From positions 43,214,001 through 43,278,000 of the forward strand of contig OX597838.1 of NCBI GenBank assembly GCA_951406725.2: a stretch of DNA of 64,000 nt, read 5' to 3'. Under the pieces are notes generated by a model. The model was given only the letters and a program-made list of their open reading frames with translations, was not told the DNA's origin and made no database searches. A program made the position numbers and the translations under genes. The stretch is from Octopus vulgaris. Lineage: Eukaryota. Shown in pieces: positions 57,113-64,000 of the stretch (positions within the stretch are counted from its first letter, which is position 1; each line of letters opens with the position of its first letter).

Positions 57113-60100
57113 AGGAATGTCTTTCTTTAGTTGATAGATGTTTTGATTTTAATTCTTTAATCCTTTTGCTACAATATTTCTTTTGAAAGATGCAACTTTT
57201 TCTTCAATAAACTTTGGCAGTAATGAAGAATTTCATGGAATAACTTTGTCATTATTAAGCTGTTGATTAGAACACAGATTAATGTTAAATTTTGATGGGA
57301 AGTTTTAAGTTTGATTACTTTAACACTTCATTATTTAAACTGGCCGTGTCCAGCCCAAATATGCCACCTGTTTTACGATCTTGTCTGCCAGATTCAGCCT
57401 ATCACACCTACCCTTCAATGCCATTATAAAATATACAATCACATCAACAACATTTCTAGTGTTAACCATTTCCTCCTTTAGTTTATCATAGAAAGTTTTC
57501 ATCCTCAGAATTTTCTATTCTGAAATCCTTCTCATATTCTTTTTTCTCTTTACATCTGTTTCTGTTGTCTTTGTTCAGCTTTTGTCGGTCAGTGTTGTTG
57601 TACAAGTATGTTAAAGATTGATTTCATTTGCGGGGTTGTATTTATTTCAGTTGTTTTACGTGTGTGAAGTGGTTTACACTTTCCGTCTCTTAAAACTTTG
57701 TTTATTGTCATTATTACACTTTTTCTTGTTTCTTTTATCGTTATCTATTCCTTCTTTTAAGTGTTCTGCATCTGTTTTTGATATCTTTTTCGTTTTGATG
57801 TCATCGTCATCACCGTTGTCATCAGCATTGTCATCACCATTTTAACATCCACTTTTTCATGCTAGCATGGGTCAGATGGAATTCATCACAGCCAGATGCC
57901 TTTCCTCTCTCTAGCCCAAGCTTGTTTCCAAGCAAGGTAACATTTCCCCATGGCTGGACATGTTTTTCTGGAAGATTGGAAACAAATGACACCACTTGTT
58001 TGATAGTATCACTTACTTACAACCATCTCATGGTGTGAGAGAAGGCATGTGGCTTAGTGGTTAGGGTATTCGGCTCATGATCATAAGATTGGGAGTTCAA
58101 TTTCTGGCAACACATCTTGTCCATGAGCAAGACACTTTATTTCACATTGCTGCAGTTCACTCAGCTGTATTTCAAAGGGCCAGCCTGGTCACACTCTGTG
58201 TCATGCTGAATCTCCCTGAGAACTACATTAAGGGTGCACATGTCTGTGGAGCATTCAGCCACTTGCACGTTAATTCCACAAACAGGCTGTTCTGCTGATT
58301 GGATCAACTGGAATCCTCGTTGTTGCCTATGAAGATGAAAACAAGGAGGCAGAAACACACAAATAAGGTGTGGCTGTGTGATTATGAAGTTTGCTTCCCA
58401 ACTAAATTGTTTAATGAATTTAATTCACTCCTGAAGACCGAGCATCACACAAAATGTTTGTAGACCGAAACTATTCTTCCCACCAGAAGACCTGGCAAAT
58501 TCAAAGCAGGAATGTGTAGCAAGTGGAAGCGAGGCAGCAGCTGCTCCTCTCCCTTCCATACTCTCAGCTCATCACCAAGCATTGTTGCCAGTTTGAGAGG
58601 TCATTAATCAAGACACTGTCACCTGAGATGTTTTAGGTTGGAAAAATTCTTCATGAACCAATTTGTTCACGATGCGAGGCATTTGTAAACTGAGGTTCCT
58701 CTGCACATGGTTCTGGGTTCAATTCCAATGCTTAGGCACTTTTGGCAAGTGTCATCTACTATAGTCCCAGACACCGTTCTTCTTAAGATAGTAAAGTGTT
58801 GTGGAAAGATATTTGTTTGGTACCACATCATCGTTCATAAACCCCTTGCCTTGCACTCTATCATTAACTGTATCCATATTGGATCACAGAGTTACCATCA
58901 AACATCATCAATGTTGTTTTAATGTTTATTTTACTGTACTTGCATGGGTCAGACAGAATTGGTCGAGACGGATTTCCCATGGCCAGATGCTCTTCCTGTT
59001 GCTAACCCTCACCTAGTTCCAAGCAAAGTAATGTTTCCTCATGATCAGACATATTTTTCATGGAAGACTGGGAATAAGCGACATTGCTTGTATGATGGTG
59101 GCACTCATTTGGAGTCATCTTGCGATGTCAACACACACACGCACACACAATGATCTTCTTTTAGTTTCCATCAACAAAGTTCACTCACAAGGCTTTGGTC
59201 AGCCTAGGTCTATAGTTGAAGATACTTGTGCAAAGTGCTGTGCAGTGGGATTGAGCCTGAAACCCCATGGCTGGGAGTGAGGCTTCTTAACCACACAGCC
59301 ATGCCTGTGCCCACAGCCACAACCTAAAATATGAGCACAGCTCAAAATGATCCAAAACAGATTGAAGTATAAAGCGTAAGGGACAATTTGGGCAGATGGG
59401 CATTTTGAAATTAGAGAAATTAAAAGAATTGTAAGCCGTAGATTTCACTTTGTCTCCATTATCAACACCTGATGACAGTTTAAAATCATCAGACATCATC
59501 ATCATCAGTTGTCATCGTCATCATTTACTGCCATTAGCTTCGTCATCATCGTTGTTCTTATTATCATCTTAGTCATCATCATTGTTTATATGGGTCAAAC
59601 CAACTTCCATCATTATCAGGAATATAGTCACAAATAACTGAGCTGTTAACAAAAAAAAAAAAAACGATGCCTGCCGCAAGGGACAAAGCATACAAAGGGG
59701 TCAGGCTATTTAGGTCAGTCTGTGGCGCTTGTGTGGTATTTACTTTATTGACCCCCAGAAGGATGAAAGGCAGAGTTGACCTCAGCAACATTTGAACTTA
59801 GAATGTGTTAAAATGTAACTGGATGATAAATGACGAAAGCATTGGGAAATTGCTTAAGAAAAATTTTGCTTTTAAGAAAAAAAGGTCACAAAACGTTGAT
59901 TTAGCCAATTGATACAAATCTGTCTGAGACCGTCTCTGGTTGCATGATTCTAACTTCCTGTTTTAAAGGGAACCAAATGAAAACCTTCCATGAAAATTGC
60001 GTATTCATTTATTTTCCAAACACTTGCTTAAGAACAACAAAGTTATTTTACTAAATTCTTCATTATTTTTCATCTTAGTTGAAACAAAGGCAGTTTTATT

Positions 60101-60556
60101 CCAAGGGAAATGTGGTAATAAAACAGTTAAAAATAACAAAGTTATCATCTAACCCATGCCAGCATGGAAAATGGACATTAAATGGTGATGATGATGATTA
60201 TTTTACTAAATTCATTATTGTCAAAATTAATTGGAACAAATGCAGTGTATTCATTAGAAATATGGTAACAAAGGGATTAATTATTAATTTTTAACACTTA
60301 ATTAATATGTAGTTTAGTTTATGGGAAAAACAGGAATTCACCTGCCTCTTCTGCTTGGTTAAACAATGAAGCTGAATTGGAGTTAATTATTTAAAACCAT
60401 TAAAAGAAAAGAAGCAGCATAATAAATATATTGCCTCATTACACTTTGGCTTTATAGACCTGGAGCCTGTACCCCTCTACACCAAGAGGGTGGCTGGGAA
60501 TTTGATTCAAGATGATGATGAATATATAATATTATAAACACTGCTGATGTATAAAT

Positions 60557-60772
60557 ATTCTTTTCTATTCTTGGCACCAGGCCTGCAATTTTTGGGGAGG
60601 GGGCCAGTCTATTAGATCGACCCCAGTACACAACTGGTACTTAATTTATCGATCCTGAAAGGATGAAAGGCAAAGTTGACCTCGACGGAATTTGAACTCA
60701 GAACGTAAAGACAGACGAAATACTGCTAAGCATTTTACCTGGTGTGCTAACGTTTCTGCCTGCTCGCTGCCT
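60557..60772 (-). mobile_element. SINE family B with TSD
   Basis: Flanked by tgctgatgtataaat and tgctgatatataaat. Confidence 0.85.
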
Positions 60773-61190
60773 TGCTGATATATAAATGTTATAAACACAC
60801 AAACTATGGATAAATGCTGGGGTGGCTGTGTGGTTGAGAACTTTGTTTCTAACCACATAGTTTCAGGTTCAGTCCCAGTGCATGTCACCCTGAGCAGATG
60901 TCTTCTGTTATAAATTTGGGTTAATCAAAGGCTTGTGAGTAGATTTTGTGAATGGAAACTGAAAGAAGCCTTCTTAATATCATCATCATCATCATCATCA
61001 TCATCCACTTTTCCATGCTTTCATGAGTCAGACTGAATTTGTTGAAGCAGATTCTCTGTGACTGGATGCCCTTCCTGTTACCAACCCTCACCTGTTGCCA
61101 AGCAATGTAATTATTTCCCCTTGGCCAGACAGGTTTTCCATGGAAGACTGCTAATGAACCACACCGCTTGTATGATGGTGATGCTCGCTT

Positions 61191-61225
<35 letters not shown>

Positions 61226-61999
61226 GATAGACAGAGTCAGCCTTAGCAGAATTTGAACTCAGAACATAAAACAAATGAAATGCTACCAAGCATTTTGTCT
61301 GCCTACCAACCCAAACTGCTGACGACTTGACAGTTGTCTATTTAATAATAGAAATGTCTCAGTCCACTGTTAGTCACATGGGGGTAGTCGGAATCCTTCC
61401 ACAACACTTATTTTTAGAATGACATGATAGGGTAGGTGTGAAAGGCCAGATCTTGTCGGTTTGAATTTAAAACGGGTAGAATATTTGGGCCAAGTATGAC
61501 CTGTTCAAATGCCCAAGAACAATTTATTGGAAGAACTAATTATTAAATTCAGCAATTTAACCAGAAATATCTGTTATGATCCTGACTGAAAATAGGTTCC
61601 ATTCTGGTCAGTTATTATTTTGTTCAACGTATCTCAAACTTTTTAAACGAACCCCCTCCCCACTTTTCTTCTATGAACACTATTTCAACATTTTCTTGCT
61701 GTGATTCAAGCCACCTCTGCATTTTAATGTACCTACACTTTGTATCAAACCAAGGTAATTTAGTTCTGGGTTCTTGGTTGGCTACTCATCCCAGAGCGCT
61801 CTGCTCTATGACGACACTATAAACATATTGTATTTTCCATCTCGCAAAGCGACAGTGAGTGAACATGTCATGGCAACATTCAAACATCATCACTGCATTT
61901 CGTATAGACTCTTCCAAAGTCATTTTGGTGTATTGTATGAATCTACCATTTTTGGTTGGAAAAATGTGGTAGATGGTTTATATTCTATTTTGTTTATTT

Positions 62000-62385
62000 A
62001 CAAAGTGGTTGAGTTCCTTTCAAGCGTCAGGCCTCATGGAGGCAATGACTGAGGCCTTTGGCATTATGTCATACTTGAGAAGAAGACCCATCAAGCTGAG
62101 CAAAATTGCAGTTGTGGCAGATACCAGTGCCACGCAAATTGGCACCTGTGCCAGTGACACGTAAATGCACCCCAAGTGTCACGCAAATAGCATCTATGCC
62201 GGTGGCACGTAAAAGCACTCATTACACTCTCAGAGTGGTTGGCATTAGGAAGGACATCCAGCCATAGAAAACCATGCCAAATCAGACTGGAGTCTGGTGC
62301 AGCCTTCCAGCGTGCCACCCTAGTCAAACCATCCAACCCATGCCAGCATGGACAACGGACGTCAAATGATGATGATGATGATGAT
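62000..62385 (+). mobile_element. Long copy of RTE-tail repeat, family D
   Basis: ...ggttggcattaggaaggacatccagccatagaaacc...ccaacccatgccagcatggacaacggacgtcaaat followed by (GAT)n. Confidence 0.8.
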
Positions 62386-63048
62386 TTATTCACGTTTCGA
62401 AGTCCATTATTGTTGTTGTTGTGGTTGTGGCTAAGGAGCAGTTTATCCTAATATCACAATGAAAAATGTTTTTGTATGTTAAAATTTAAATGGGAGACAA
62501 AAACTTCAAAAACAAAAAACAAACTATACAGGTGTGTCTATCACCCCCACCCCACTAACCCATATAAATTTTTATACTCCCCACCCCCGCCCAGGGGTAA
62601 GCACTGCTGACATTGAGTAGCACTGATTTAATCCAAAGAAGCAGTGCAAAGCTGTTGAGGATTTGTTCTATTGTTTGTTAGACTGACATGAATGATGCGT
62701 ATCTTGAAGTTTTGTAGACAAAATAACTGTGGGGAAAAGATGTGAGCAGGGGAGAGATTCCTCAAGAGTTTTGGGGATAGGGGAAGCTTTACTGAATTGT
62801 TTTAGGTATAAAGTCTGTAGTGAAAGACACCCTGAGGATGGTGGTGGTGGTGGTGGTGGGTTAGATAGAGATGTATGAAGGGAGTGAGGGGGGATAGTAC
62901 ATTGTTTATAAAACAGAAACTGTTTACAACAGCATCAGATGAGACAAGAATGGAACTCAGAATTTTGGTGGTCAAAGTAGAGCTGGGGAAAAGTGGGGCA
63001 GGGTTTACAAGTGAGTTGGAGAGCCTTTTGGGATGTGATCTAGAAAGT

Positions 63049-63385
63049 CGGGACCCCCTTCGGTCATGACACTGACCATGGGATTGCACCTAGAAAGTTA
63101 CCCTCCTAGTCACAAGTCTGGGCAAGGTTGTTTATGGAAGACCAGCAGTCGCCCATGCGTACCGGCCTCCCCTCTGCATGCCACCAGTGTTATCCAAGGG
63201 AAAGGCAAAGGGGCCGATACAGCTTGGCACCTGTGACGTCGCAAATCATTTCTACAGCTGAATGAACTGGACGAACGTGAAATAAAGTGTCCTGCTCAAG
63301 AACACAACATGTAGCCCAGTCCGGGATTCAAGCTCACAACCTCACGATTGTAAGCTCGACGCTCTAACCACTGAGCCATGTGCCT
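63049..63385 (-). mobile_element. tRNA-derived CORE-like SINE with 10-bp TSD
   Basis: TSD tctagaaagt at 63039-63048 and 63386-63395; a relative at about 18795-19090 retains an ACCTT-type tail. Confidence 0.88.
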
Positions 63386-64000
63386 TCTAGAAAGTATGTG
63401 TGTAGTAATTGTTGTTCTATTCCAGACGTATGAAGCCGTAATCTAGGTCAATAACTGTTGATGTAGAACTTTTCTAACAACAATAGTTACTAAAGCCTTT
63501 TGCTCCTTAAGGGACTTAGGCCATCAACAACTTTTCTCAATTCTGGGATGTCTTTTCTGCTTTTCCAGCTCTACTTCAGAATCTCACCTCCAGTTTATTT
63601 TAAAATTATTGTTTGGCCTTCAGATATTTTCCTGAAGGAAGGCCTTCCTCTCCCAGCTCTTCTTCTTCGTTTTGTATTGTCATTGATGCTTCTTCAACTT
63701 GGCTTTTGTCTCGGTATGAGTGTTGGCTCTGTGCCAACCCATTTTTACCTCAGGGAACAGGTGTCCCTATTAGCCTGGCCTCTAGTCTTTGACCTGTCCA
63801 GCATGCACCCCGTTGCCATAGGTTTAAGGCCATTGAGGTATACAAGTCCTCACACTGCACCACAACTGGACCTTGTGGTTTCTGTCTCCAGAAGGGTCAT
63901 CTTTTAAAGGGTGTTGTTGATTGGGAAGGCCATTTGAGACTATTTGCAGGGCTGTCTTAGTGGGGTTATCCTTTGGGCTATCCAGTGCACGGGACCTTCT

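Noticed and set aside
58426-58475. CTGAAGA...GAAAC hammerhead-like words
   Set aside because: Stems I, II and III cannot be paired

Overview
AT-rich, repeat-saturated eukaryotic genomic DNA with no intact protein-coding gene. From the SINE repertoire and very long (TA)n tracts I infer a cephalopod, most likely Octopus, and probably a large intron or intergenic region. It contains dozens of copies of at least four SINE-like families (tRNA-headed CORE-like, tRNA-headed Meta-like, RTE-tailed), several MITE classes (TA, TTAA and 8-bp TSD types), a Helitron, a HINE, decayed RTE, mariner and Penelope ORF fragments, and kilobase microsatellites. The most notable signal, unexplained by the ORF track, is about ten minimal type I hammerhead-ribozyme folds from about five unrelated sequence families. 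Most sit in short tails-out inverted duplications in or next to (TA)n tracts, which is Penelope pseudo-LTR geometry. One has a G3-C8 compensatory core swap and one is fused behind a tRNA-type Pol III promoter. A candidate 3-nt microexon or recursive splice site lies at 51013-51015, and a candidate cis-regulatory module at about 45.3-45.7 kb. All calls were made by eye and family names come from recalled motifs, not database searches; repeat boundaries are approximate unless a TSD or TIR is quoted.
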